Assembly: GCA_043732485.1 (NCBI GenBank)
Contig: JAYTHP010000096.1
Location: 1 to 34,830, forward strand
Length of the DNA stretch: 34,830 nt
Direction of reading: 5' to 3'
Source: Oligoflexia bacterium
GTDB taxonomy: Bacteria > Bdellovibrionota > UBA1018
Shown: positions 9,393 through 18,157 of the stretch, in pieces
Numbering within the stretch: position 1 is the first letter of the stretch
Layout of the letters: each line of letters begins with the position of its first letter
Program-made: the position numbers and the translations under genes
Notes under the pieces: generated by a model
What the model saw: the letters and a program-made list of their open reading frames with translations, nothing else
The model's database searches: none
What the model was told of the DNA's origin: nothing

Positions 9393-11462
9393 ATGACCAT
9401 ACTTGAGCGAATCACAAAAAATTCTGACCTGACGCTTGCTTTAGGCCTCATGGGGATCCTCTCGGTGATGGTCATCCCGATGCCCAAGATCCTCCTGGAT
9501 TTACTCTTAGCCCTAGGCATCGCTTTTTCCGTGCTGTTACTCTTTACCGCCGTTTACGCCACCCGGGCCTTGGATTTTAGTATTTTTCCGTCGCTCCTAC
9601 TCATGACCACCTTGTTTCGCTTATCACTGAATGTCGCCACCACCCGGGTGATTTTGCTGCACGGCGCTGACGAGGGGGCTTCGGCTGCAGGCGAAGTGAT
9701 TCGTGCTTTTGGGGAGTTCGTGGTGGGTGGCAATTACGCGGTAGGGATCGTGGTGTTTATCATCCTGGTGATCATTAACTTTGTGGTGATCACCAAGGGC
9801 GCAGGACGTATTGCTGAAGTGGCCGCGCGCTTTACCTTGGATGCGATGCCAGGGAAGCAAATGTCGATTGACGCTGATCTGAACGCCGGCTTGATTCAAG
9901 AAGAAGAGGCCAGGCGCAGGCGTCAAGAGATTGCCAAGGAAGCTGATTTTTACGGCGCCATGGACGGGGCCTCGAAATTCGTGCGCGGGGATGCCATTGC
10001 AGGCATCATGATTGTGGTGGTCAACATCATTGGCGGCATCGTGATTGGCACCTTGCAGCGGGGGATGGAAATTGGCAACGCGGCTGCCACCTTCACGCTG
10101 CTGACCGTGGGCGATGGACTCGTCAGTCAGATCCCTGCGTTGATCGTGTCAACGGCTGCCGGTATTATCGTCACCCGGACGGCCACCAGTACCCATTTTA
10201 GTCAAGAAGTCTCCAAACAGCTGATGATGAAGCCCAATGCGCTGGTGGCAGCAGGCGGCGTGATGGCCTTGATGGCGGTGATTCCGGGCCTGCCATTTTT
10301 CCCGTTCATGGTCTTAGCCTCAGGCTTAGGTGGCATGGCTTATTTGCTCAAGACCAAGACGCGCGAAGATCTGGAAGCCAAAGAGAAAACCCAAGCCCTT
10401 GAAAAGCTCAAGCCTGTGCCTGAGAAGTTGGAAAACCTTTTAAGTGTCGATCTACTGGAAGTGGAAGTCGGCTACGGACTGATCCATATCGTGGACGCCG
10501 AGCAAAGTGGCGATCTCTTGGAGCGCATTTCCAACATTCGCAAGCAGTTTGCCCTGGATTTAGGGGTGATCGTACCGCCTTTACGCATTCGCGACAACTT
10601 GGAGCTGAAGCCTGGCGAGTACCAAGTGCTGCTGAAGGGCGTGCAGATCGGCTCAGGCTCCTTGATGGTCGGCTACTTGCTGGCCATGGATCCAGGCACG
10701 GTCAGTCGCCAGGTGGTGGGGCTTGCGACCAAGGAGCCAGCCTTCGGCTTGGATGCCTTGTGGATCACGCCGCGGCAAAAAGAAGAAGCCAGTTATGCGG
10801 GTTACACGGTGGTGGACCTCTCTACCGTGATTGCCACCCATCTGACCGAACTGATTCGCAGTCATTTGCATGAGCTGTTGGGGCGACAGGAACTGCAAGT
10901 CCTGCTCGATCATCTCAAGCAAACGGCCCCGAAAGTGATTGAAGACGTCATCCCGGGGCTGTTGTCCTTAGGGGTGGTGCTGAAGGTGCTCAAAAACCTC
11001 CTGAAAGAAGGGGTGTCGATTCGCGATTTGCGCTCCATCCTGGAAAGTCTGGCGGACATGGCAGTCAGTAGCAAGGATCCACAGATTTTAACCGAGCATG
11101 TCAGGATGGCGCTAGCGCGCACGATTACCAAAAAACTAGTCGACAGCAACGGTCAGTTGCACCTGATCACGTTGGACCGCGCGATTGAGGAGACCCTGGC
11201 AGGCGGGATTATTCAAACTGATCAGGGCCAGCAGTTGTCAGTTGAGCCGGATTACGTGCGCCAGGTGATCTCACAGCTGAGCAAGCAGGCAGCGATTTTG
11301 GCAAGTGAGGCAAGCCACACGGTGGTCTTGTGCTCGCCGCTGATTCGGTTGCACGTGAAAGCGCTGATTGATCGCTTTATCCCCAATATTGTCGTGTTGT
11401 CGCATAACGAAATCTCACCCCACATCACGGTGAAGTCAGCAGGAACGGTGAGACTTGCATGA
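9393..11462 (+). CDS. flhA: Flagellar export protein FlhA
   Basis: GRIAEVAARFTLDAMPGKQMSIDADLNAG, FYGAMDGASKFVRGDAIAG, EGVSIRDLRSILE. Confidence 0.98.
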   Translation: MTILERITKNSDLTLALGLMGILSVMVIPMPKILLDLLLALGIAFSVLLLFTAVYATRALDFSIFPSLLLMTTLFRLSLNVATTRVILLHGADEGASAAGEVIRAFGEFVVGGNYAVGIVVFIILVIINFVVITKGAGRIAEVAARFTLDAMPGKQMSIDADLNAGLIQEEEARRRRQEIAKEADFYGAMDGASKFVRGDAIAGIMIVVVNIIGGIVIGTLQRGMEIGNAAATFTLLTVGDGLVSQIPALIVSTAAGIIVTRTATSTHFSQEVSKQLMMKPNALVAAGGVMALMAVIPGLPFFPFMVLASGLGGMAYLLKTKTREDLEAKEKTQALEKLKPVPEKLENLLSVDLLEVEVGYGLIHIVDAEQSGDLLERISNIRKQFALDLGVIVPPLRIRDNLELKPGEYQVLLKGVQIGSGSLMVGYLLAMDPGTVSRQVVGLATKEPAFGLDALWITPRQKEEASYAGYTVVDLSTVIATHLTELIRSHLHELLGRQELQVLLDHLKQTAPKVIEDVIPGLLSLGVVLKVLKNLLKEGVSIRDLRSILESLADMAVSSKDPQILTEHVRMALARTITKKLVDSNGQLHLITLDRAIEETLAGGIIQTDQGQQLSVEPDYVRQVISQLSKQAAILASEASHTVVLCSPLIRLHVKALIDRFIPNIVVLSHNEISPHITVKSAGTVRLA

Positions 11463-11622
11463 ACGCGAAGCAAAACAGCTTGCTCGCTTTGGGTCAAGCG
11501 TGCGAGTTTTGCCCACAGGCCCGCACACTCCCACCGACAGCCCCGCTACTGCGCACTTTGTCTTTGTCTCCCACCCCACCAGTAACCCCTCTCACTCTCA
11601 CAGCTAAAAAGGTTAGAAAAAA

Positions 11623-13419
11623 ATGAAAATGAAAAAATTTGAAGCTGCTACCCTGCAAGAGGCACTCGACGCGGTTAAAAAGGAGCTTGGGCCTGAGGCC
11701 ATCATTTTACAGACCCGATCGCGGCGACAGCGCGTCGGGCTGAGCTATCAGTCGATCATCGAGGTGACGGCTGCAATCTCCGAGCGCACGCTTGACAAGA
11801 AGCAGGCGCTGGAAAAAAACCTCAAAGAGCAAGATCGCAACCAAATCACCCGCTTGCCAGCCGAACTGCAGGCCAATCTGATTGACCGCTATTACGATAA
11901 AAACCAGCGAAAAAATACCGGCCAAGTAGCAACCCCAGGGCGCGGCACCCCCGCCGGCAGCAACCCACCCGGTCTGATGGGAAGACAGCCCCAGCCCCAA
12001 GAAAACGCTCGCCAAAATCGCGGGCAAAATCTCAACGCTCCACTCAAAATGACAGGCGCTGGAGCGCAAAGTGCCGTCAAGATCACCGCCACCCGCTATA
12101 TCGATATCTTGGATACCGAAGTGAACGACGAGAACGTCGCGCTCCCGATGTTTGACCCGAGACCCATGACCGCGGGGGGCGGCACGACGGCCACTTACGG
12201 TCGCTCCGCGGCGGTGGCTGCTAGTCGTCAAGGGGGATGGGGGGAGGAGGAGGCGGTGGTGGAAGCGGGAAGTCGCACTGGAACCACCACGAAACGTCCC
12301 GCAGAAAGTCAAGCGCCTGGGGGCCGAGGAAACGGCAGGCTGGCGGGTGCTGCTGCGGGTGATAGGGGAGACGACGATCGCTCGTCGTCGTCCTCTCCTG
12401 GCGCCGCCAACAACAAGCCCAGTGAGGCTCGGGCGTCTTCCAGTCCAAGTAACGCCGAGTGGGCGCGCGAGCTAAAAAGTCTACAAAAAGCGGTCACCGA
12501 TCTCAAGCAAGCCGACAGCGGAGCGCGCGAAGGCGCAAGTCACCCGCTGGTCTGGCAAGACACGGTTTCCCAGGAGCTTTTTGACTTACTGATCTTACAA
12601 GGTGTGGAGCGACGCATTGCTTACACCCTGCTCAAGAAAGCAGCCTTTGAGCTGGAGGAGGACTTCGCCCGCAAGCAAAACGCCGCTGATTTACTGCGCG
12701 ATCAAGTGGCCAACGTCTTGATGCAATGGGTGGAAGTGGCGCCGTTGTGGTTCGGTCCAGGGCAATGGGGGGGTGACGTTGCCGGCGGCGCGCACTCAGT
12801 GGAGCACCAGCGCCCCACCCAGTGGATCGCGCTTGTCGGTCCATCCGGGGTGGGCAAGACGCTGACGATTGCCAAGGCGGCGAGTCAGGCAGCTGAGCAA
12901 CTCTTGAAAGTGGGTCTGATTCATCTCGGGCGTCTCGGCGTTGCCGCCACGGCTGGGGCCTTTAACAGTCTTGCCACCTACGCCAAAATCATCAACCTGC
13001 CGTTTCGCGCCGCAAACTCGATCCAAGACCTCAAGGTCAGCCTCAAGGATTTTCGGACGCTGGATTTAGTCTTCATCGATACTCAAATCGATACCCAAGA
13101 CGACTCGCACTCCGGGAGTCTCGCCTCGCTGGAGCTGGCGCAAGCCTTAAGCCACATCCCGCAGGTCCTTACTTACCTAGTCCTCAGCTCAGCCACCCGC
13201 GACGGGGTGATGCTCAGCTTGGTGCAGAAGTTTAAGAGTTGCCATCCGCGGGGATTGATCTTCTCTAAGCTTGATGAGGATAGCGCTTATGGCAGTATTT
13301 TGAACGTGTCACAAAAATGCAAGCTCCCGCTGGTCGGTTTTACTACTGGGAAAAAAATTCCTGATGACTATGAAAATGCCTCGGTAGAAAGAGTGGCGGA
13401 TTTACTGTTAGATTTCTAA
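11623..13419 (+). CDS. flhF: FlhF SRP-family GTPase (degenerate motifs, long B region)
   Basis: N-term KKFEAATLQEALDAVKKELGPEAIIL; P-loop GPSGVGKT; SKLDE; TTGKKIPDD; located after flhA. Confidence 0.92.
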   Translation: MKMKKFEAATLQEALDAVKKELGPEAIILQTRSRRQRVGLSYQSIIEVTAAISERTLDKKQALEKNLKEQDRNQITRLPAELQANLIDRYYDKNQRKNTGQVATPGRGTPAGSNPPGLMGRQPQPQENARQNRGQNLNAPLKMTGAGAQSAVKITATRYIDILDTEVNDENVALPMFDPRPMTAGGGTTATYGRSAAVAASRQGGWGEEEAVVEAGSRTGTTTKRPAESQAPGGRGNGRLAGAAAGDRGDDDRSSSSSPGAANNKPSEARASSSPSNAEWARELKSLQKAVTDLKQADSGAREGASHPLVWQDTVSQELFDLLILQGVERRIAYTLLKKAAFELEEDFARKQNAADLLRDQVANVLMQWVEVAPLWFGPGQWGGDVAGGAHSVEHQRPTQWIALVGPSGVGKTLTIAKAASQAAEQLLKVGLIHLGRLGVAATAGAFNSLATYAKIINLPFRAANSIQDLKVSLKDFRTLDLVFIDTQIDTQDDSHSGSLASLELAQALSHIPQVLTYLVLSSATRDGVMLSLVQKFKSCHPRGLIFSKLDEDSAYGSILNVSQKCKLPLVGFTTGKKIPDDYENASVERVADLLLDF

Positions 13420-13521
13420 AAAAAATTAATTATTAAATTTTATATTTAAATTATGATAAACTAAGGGTAAGACCGCAAGCTAACCGCCCCCCTTTGGTCC
13501 CTCAATTTTTGGAGAAGCGCC

Positions 13522-14580
13522 ATGAGTTTAAACCCAGGTATTCAAAAGTATCAAGACAGCCTTCCCAAAAAAGCAGAGGAGTTTCTGCCTGAAGAGACGG
13601 CAGACAGTAAGCCGCAAGCCTTAGGGAAGCGGCAACTGCAAGACGGTTCGGCCTTTGATGCGTCCTTGAGCCCGGAGCAAGAAGGTGGCGCCGTGCGGGG
13701 GCGATTCCCGCAACTGAAGGTGGTAGAATCGCCTGATGAGGTTCAAGCCTTAACGGAGCACCGGTTGCAGCAAGCGGAGATTCAAAGCCAGCTTGAGCAG
13801 GAGCAAGAAAAGACCGACAAACTGGTAAAAGCCGATTTCTCGCCAGTAAACAGCACCCGCGACCAGCTGGTAAAAGAGTATGCGCCGCTCATCAAATACA
13901 TCGCACAAAAAATCGCCTCCAGGCTCCCTGCCAACATCGAACTGGATGATTTGATGAGTAGCGGGGTGATTGGGCTGATGGATGCTATGGAAAAGTATGA
14001 TCCCACGCGAGACAATAAATTTAAGACCTACGCCGAGTTTCGGATTCGCGGGGCGATCCTCGATGAATTGCGGGCGCAAGACTGGGTGCCACGCTCGGTG
14101 CGAGAAAAAGCCAAGGTGCTGGAGCGCTGTTTTGTCAAGCTTGAGCAAGAAAAGGGCCGGCACGCCACGGACGAGGAAGTTTGCCAGGAGCTCGGGTTGT
14201 CACAAGCGGAGTATTTTGATCTCCTCAATCAAGTGCGCAGCGTCTCGCTGCTGTCATACGACGATTTATCGCACTTTTCCAAAGCCGATAAACGCGCCTT
14301 GCATGGCTTAGGCGAGCACGGCGGCAAGTCAGCGACACCTTTTAATGAAGTGAACGTCAATTACATCAAAAAAATCATCTCCGACACCATCCGTGATTTG
14401 CCTGAGAAGCAGCGCCTGGTCTTGTCGCTCTACTATTACGAAGATTTGAACTTAAAAGAAATTGGTAAAGTCCTTGACGTCACCGAATCCAGAGTCAGTC
14501 AGTTGCATACCCAGGCGATCTTGCGCCTTAAGACCAAGCTGCGTGGGCACTGGGATGACTTCGTTGCCCTGTTTGGCTAA
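13522..14580 (+). CDS. fliA: Flagellar sigma factor FliA (sigma-28) with N-terminal insertion
   Basis: ELDDLMSSGVIGLMDA, FKTYAEFRIRGAILDELRAQDWVPRS, LKEIGKVLDVTESRVSQLH; GGAG RBS before ATG. Confidence 0.96.
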   Translation: MSLNPGIQKYQDSLPKKAEEFLPEETADSKPQALGKRQLQDGSAFDASLSPEQEGGAVRGRFPQLKVVESPDEVQALTEHRLQQAEIQSQLEQEQEKTDKLVKADFSPVNSTRDQLVKEYAPLIKYIAQKIASRLPANIELDDLMSSGVIGLMDAMEKYDPTRDNKFKTYAEFRIRGAILDELRAQDWVPRSVREKAKVLERCFVKLEQEKGRHATDEEVCQELGLSQAEYFDLLNQVRSVSLLSYDDLSHFSKADKRALHGLGEHGGKSATPFNEVNVNYIKKIISDTIRDLPEKQRLVLSLYYYEDLNLKEIGKVLDVTESRVSQLHTQAILRLKTKLRGHWDDFVALFG

Positions 14581-14714
14581 AGTAAAGTTCCGATACGCGG
14601 CGCTTGATCAGTCGAGATAAAGTACCCAAAGCAGCGTGCTGCAGGCTAGAGTGGACCCTAAAATTACCGATCGCTTGGGCTTCACAGCCTGCCTGATGGA
14701 TTATTTCCGATTGC

Positions 14715-15100
14715 GTGCCTATGCTCTTTTTCTCCCAGCCGACAAACCACGCTTGCGGTGACTTTCAAGATCCCGGTCTCCCTCTTACTGCCGCTTGCGG
14801 TCTTAGTCTTTGCTCATTACCTGGGGCGGTGGGGGATCGAAAATTGCTTTCGACTCAAAAAGATAGCTCTGAAGTGGGCGAGCACTCAAACCCCAAGCCT
14901 AGAGTCAGTCCAGCATCTGAACTGGCTGGCGATGTTTGCCTTGTATTGGGTCATGGCTTTTTATCGCAAGCATTCTCAGCTCATCAACCCGCTTTGCAAC
15001 GTCCTAGTGTTGCATGAGCGACCGATTGAGACCCTCACGGTGCGCTATTACCGCGTCATCGATTTGCTCAGGCGACTGCTGATTGACCCAGCCGAGGCTC
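14715..15100 (+). pseudogene. IS4-family DDE transposase C-terminal remnant
   Basis: ORF 14758..15336 contains YLGRWGIENCFRLKK, an exact Y(2)R(3)E(6)K IS4 signature. The N-terminal catalytic part is absent. Boundaries approximate. Confidence 0.7.
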
Positions 15101-15419
15101 ACCTGCCCTCTTCGCCCGATCCGGTGCCCCCTCCCGGAAAAGCCCCAGCGACAGAAAGTCACTGCCAAGCCACCCTCCTGACCTTTGCTTCCTCTAAGGC
15201 TCAAGAGTTGCTGATGATCCCAGCGCAAAATCCACCCTTCCCGAACAAAAATCCGCCGCACAGCTCACTCTCCTGTCACCGCCTGGCAATCTGGCCCCCC
15301 TCAAGCAGGAGCACCTACCGAGATCTGCTGAAGTAGGGAGTCAAAAGGCACGGCTCGCTAGCCGACAAACCAGAGGCCTCCTCCGCCACTAGCTTCCACC
15401 CAGCCCAGCTCGCACCAAA

Positions 15420-15640
15420 ATCACGTCCCCTGAAGCGCTCTTTCATGGGCGCAGGTGATCGTCCCTGGCGACGCCGCCTTGAATCAGGGAGGGGGGGGCC
15501 TCGCCGTTCACGTTAAGGTCTACTGGCTCCCTCAGGCTAGATCTTAACGTCCTGCGGACGGTCTGCCGCTCAGGTTTTTATCGATGTTGAGCAATCGGAG
15601 TAGCGCTGTGATTGCCACCCACTGTTCACTGGGAGGTCTT
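15420..15640 (+). ncRNA. Candidate structured RNA of unknown family
   Basis: Non-coding run of consecutive and nested stems (see findings). G-U pairs favour the + strand. Confidence 0.3.
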
Positions 15641-15924
15641 ATGGGCTCTGAAAATAAAAATGATACACTTAGAGCTGATTTAACTTTCTGGTTTTTTACG
15701 ACTATTGCTTAATTTAAATGGGAAAATTTATGCAATAAATGAGCATCGCACCCGTCTGCCCACTTTTTAGTGGTGTCAGGACCTCTGTTATATTTATCTA
15801 TTATTTATAAAATATTTAGCTTATCTTTAAAGATAGGCGAAAGACTGCAATTTTAGCTGCAGACGGTTTTAAGGGTCTTCAGGTTTTATTGGGACTTTCA
15901 GTCGGACTGATGGTCGAGGAAAAA

Positions 15925-16374
15925 ATGTGGAATAATCCTAACGAAAAAGCAAAAACCTCTGAGCAGCAAAGACGCCGCGAGCGAGAGCGGGTGCGCAAAA
16001 TGATCCACATCAAAAGGATCATGGCCACCGTGGAAGTGCTCAACCAGGAAAGTGATGCGCCTAAGTCCCTTAAGCAAACCGTCCGCTTGATGCTCAACGA
16101 CCTTTCGCTCTCAGGCGCCGGGCTGTTTTCGCCGATTGCCCATGTGCCTGGCAGCTTCATCAAATTAACGATTAAAGAGCCCACTGCTTTAGAGATTAAA
16201 GCCAAAGTGATCTGGTCCCAAGATGACCCGCAAGGGGGTCGCATCCTTGCCAAGGACACCTTCCATTACCGCATCGGTATTGAGTTTATTGTGGATGAGC
16301 AAGAAAAAGCACAACTGGCAAAGTTTTGCGACGATATTGCGAAAAACCACCTCTTTACCCCGAAAGCCATCTAG
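15925..16374 (+). CDS. PilZ-domain c-di-GMP receptor
   Basis: RxxxR (RRRERERVR) and DxSxxG (DLSLSGAG) motifs; ends with AKVIW...YRIGIEF; GAGGA RBS before ATG 15925. Confidence 0.85.
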   Translation: MWNNPNEKAKTSEQQRRRERERVRKMIHIKRIMATVEVLNQESDAPKSLKQTVRLMLNDLSLSGAGLFSPIAHVPGSFIKLTIKEPTALEIKAKVIWSQDDPQGGRILAKDTFHYRIGIEFIVDEQEKAQLAKFCDDIAKNHLFTPKAI

Positions 16375-16431
16375 CCTAGGCCCATGCTCCCTTGGACTAC
16401 TCTGGACTGCGCCCCCTGGGCCTTGCAAGCC

Positions 16432-16965
16432 TTAGACGCTTGCTTCGAGGCCGTCAGCTGCCGCCTGCATGGGGAGCGTGATGACCACGTCGCACTTGTA
16501 TTGGTGCAACATTTTATTATCCACCGCCGGATCGAAAATACGGGTCAGCCTCAGCAGGTTTGCGCCCCGGTCGCACCCGGTGAGAGAGTCGCTTGCCAAG
16601 CACAAGAGGGTGTAGGTGGTGAAGCGATCCACAAGCGTGTTGTTCAAGACGGAGGTGCGAAAGGTGTCGATTTGCGTTCTGGCGCGGGTGGTCAGCTGCT
16701 TGATCGTCAGGCTCGCGGCTTTTCTCATCCAGTCGGCGGTCTTGCCGTTGATCTCCAATTTGTTAGAAAAATGGTAGATCAGTGCGGCAAGCGCGCGCTG
16801 CCTCGTCTCGCTCACCGTAAATCCGTCCATGAGGATGTCTTGACAGTGGTCGCATTTGAGGACAGGCACTTTTTTAAGCTGCAGGTTAGGGCCCCCTTCA
16901 ATGTCGATTTCATCCGTGATGGTCACTTTTTTAAGCGATCCTCGTTTGCATTCTGAACACTTCAT
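16432..16965 (-). CDS. YgiT/MqsA-type zinc-finger + HTH-like protein (antitoxin-like)
   Basis: MKCSEC...VPVLKCDHCQD (two CxxC) followed by an XRE-like helical region (WMRKAASLTIKQL). GAAAGG RBS before ATG 16965. Confidence 0.7.
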   Translation of the reverse strand: MKCSECKRGSLKKVTITDEIDIEGGPNLQLKKVPVLKCDHCQDILMDGFTVSETRQRALAALIYHFSNKLEINGKTADWMRKAASLTIKQLTTRARTQIDTFRTSVLNNTLVDRFTTYTLLCLASDSLTGCDRGANLLRLTRIFDPAVDNKMLHQYKCDVVITLPMQAAADGLEASV

Positions 16966-17042
16966 ACGGTCTTTACCTTTCTTGGAGTTTGTGTGACCTA
17001 ACACCTGCACCTATACACCCCCACTGCTCGCTCTTGCCGCCG

Positions 17043-17974
17043 TTATTGCACTGGAAAGTCAAAATACTGGTCGGGAAAGGGTTCATTTTTTAAGGTGTCA
17101 TGTCACTATTCGTTCATGTAATTGACAAAGCCATTTTTTTCCATCAGCGCCTTGAGCAGCAGTCGGTTGCGCTTCTGGCTGCTACCGATTGCGGGATGAG
17201 CGGTGTGGGCGCGGGGATCAAAACAATCGTATTCCGTGCCAAAGTCCAGCGAGTTATCGTTAAAACGCTGGGAAGCTGGCAAGGTGCAGGCTTTGAGTGG
17301 GTCGCCGGCATGGAATTCTTCTTGCGGTGGGGTCGGTACACGGGCACGATCGTTAAACTAAGCGTGCTGCCACGGCTATGGCCTGATTTTGCCGCAATGT
17401 AACCGTCTTTAAAGAGAGGGTCTTTGCCTAAAGTCGGGTAGAATTCCCCGCTCATCTTGCGGTCGTGCAAGTCTTCAGCCCAGGTGACGAAGTGGTTCAC
17501 CGCGCGTTGCGGGCGATAGCAGTCATAGACTTTCAGGGAAAAGCGATAGGACAGCAGTTCTTCTTGCACCTTGGCTAAGGCAGCAGCTGCCTCAACTGTC
17601 AAAAGGCACTTTGGCGCCAGGTAGCCAGTCACGGTTTGCCCCATAAAGTTGTGCTCACCAAAATATCGAATGTTTTGCACAATCGAGGGCACCATCTGGC
17701 TGATGTTAACGAAGCGGCCGTCAGGGCGGGTGGTTATGGTCTCAGCGGTGCCGATGGCGGGCGCAGTCGGGGCTGTCAAGGTCGAGGTGCCGGCAAAAGC
17801 GGCAATCGCTGCGGCAAGTCCTGGCAACATCGGGGCGGGAGGGGCAAGGGCTTGCTTCAGGTGGCGGGGGGTGGCGGAGTGGGTCTTGACTGGCGTCTTG
17901 GGTGCGTTCATCGTGTCGCTCGCTTTCTTTGCATCTTGGTTCGCTCCTTGGTTTTCTCTCCTGGTGTCTCTCAT
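17043..17974 (-). pseudogene. ddpX: D-alanyl-D-alanine dipeptidase (VanX/DdpX, peptidase M15D) pseudogene, copy 1
   Basis: IRYFGEHNFMG, LKVYDCYRPQRAV, SGHSRGST. Frameshift near 17340; the shifted frame reads LDFGTEYDCFD...NRLLLKALMEKNGFVNYMNE**H...FDFPVQ*. Confidence 0.88.
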
Positions 17975-18157
17975 AGTCTTCCCCTTGAGAGTGTTTTCGA
18001 TGGGTTTTTGGCCATCTCGCTTCCCCACCTTGGGCGGCTCCCTCCTGGCAGTTCCTGGTGGCTAAAAAACTCTTACCGCACTCCAGAAGCCCGTGCAAAG
18101 AAAAAGCTTTTGAGAGCGCTGCGTTTTTGCAAACCCCGGGGGGGGAACTCTCGCTGG

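Noticed and set aside
14758..15336. Novel intact membrane protein
   Set aside because: The YREK motif identifies it as an IS4 transposase fragment, and the Pro-rich tail looks like read-through into non-coding DNA.
15330..15400. Group II intron domain V/VI or HDV-like ribozyme
   Set aside because: Minus-strand GAGCCGTG lacks the domain V hairpin. GGCCTCCTCCGCC lacks P1.1/P2 partners.
15420..15640. Assignment to 6S RNA, glmS ribozyme, cobalamin riboswitch or HEARO/omega RNA
   Set aside because: Only short fragments resemble these (GGTTTTTATCGA; GCCAC..CTGGGAGG; ACGTTA..GGCGAGG on the minus strand). The full core motifs and 6S-type end pairing are missing.
16384..16956. 190-aa plus-strand ORF, and other antisense ORFs over flagellar genes, tyrS and fadH
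   Set aside because: They are shadows of better-supported genes on the opposite strand or in another frame and show no recognisable motifs.
17103..17108. TGA/TAG at Trp positions (ddpX copies, IS630) suggesting stop-codon recoding
   Set aside because: Intact genes end normally with TGA (fliN, fliO, fliR, flhA) and TAG (fliL, PilZ) and use TGG for Trp. The affected genes carry other lesions as well, so these are nonsense mutations.
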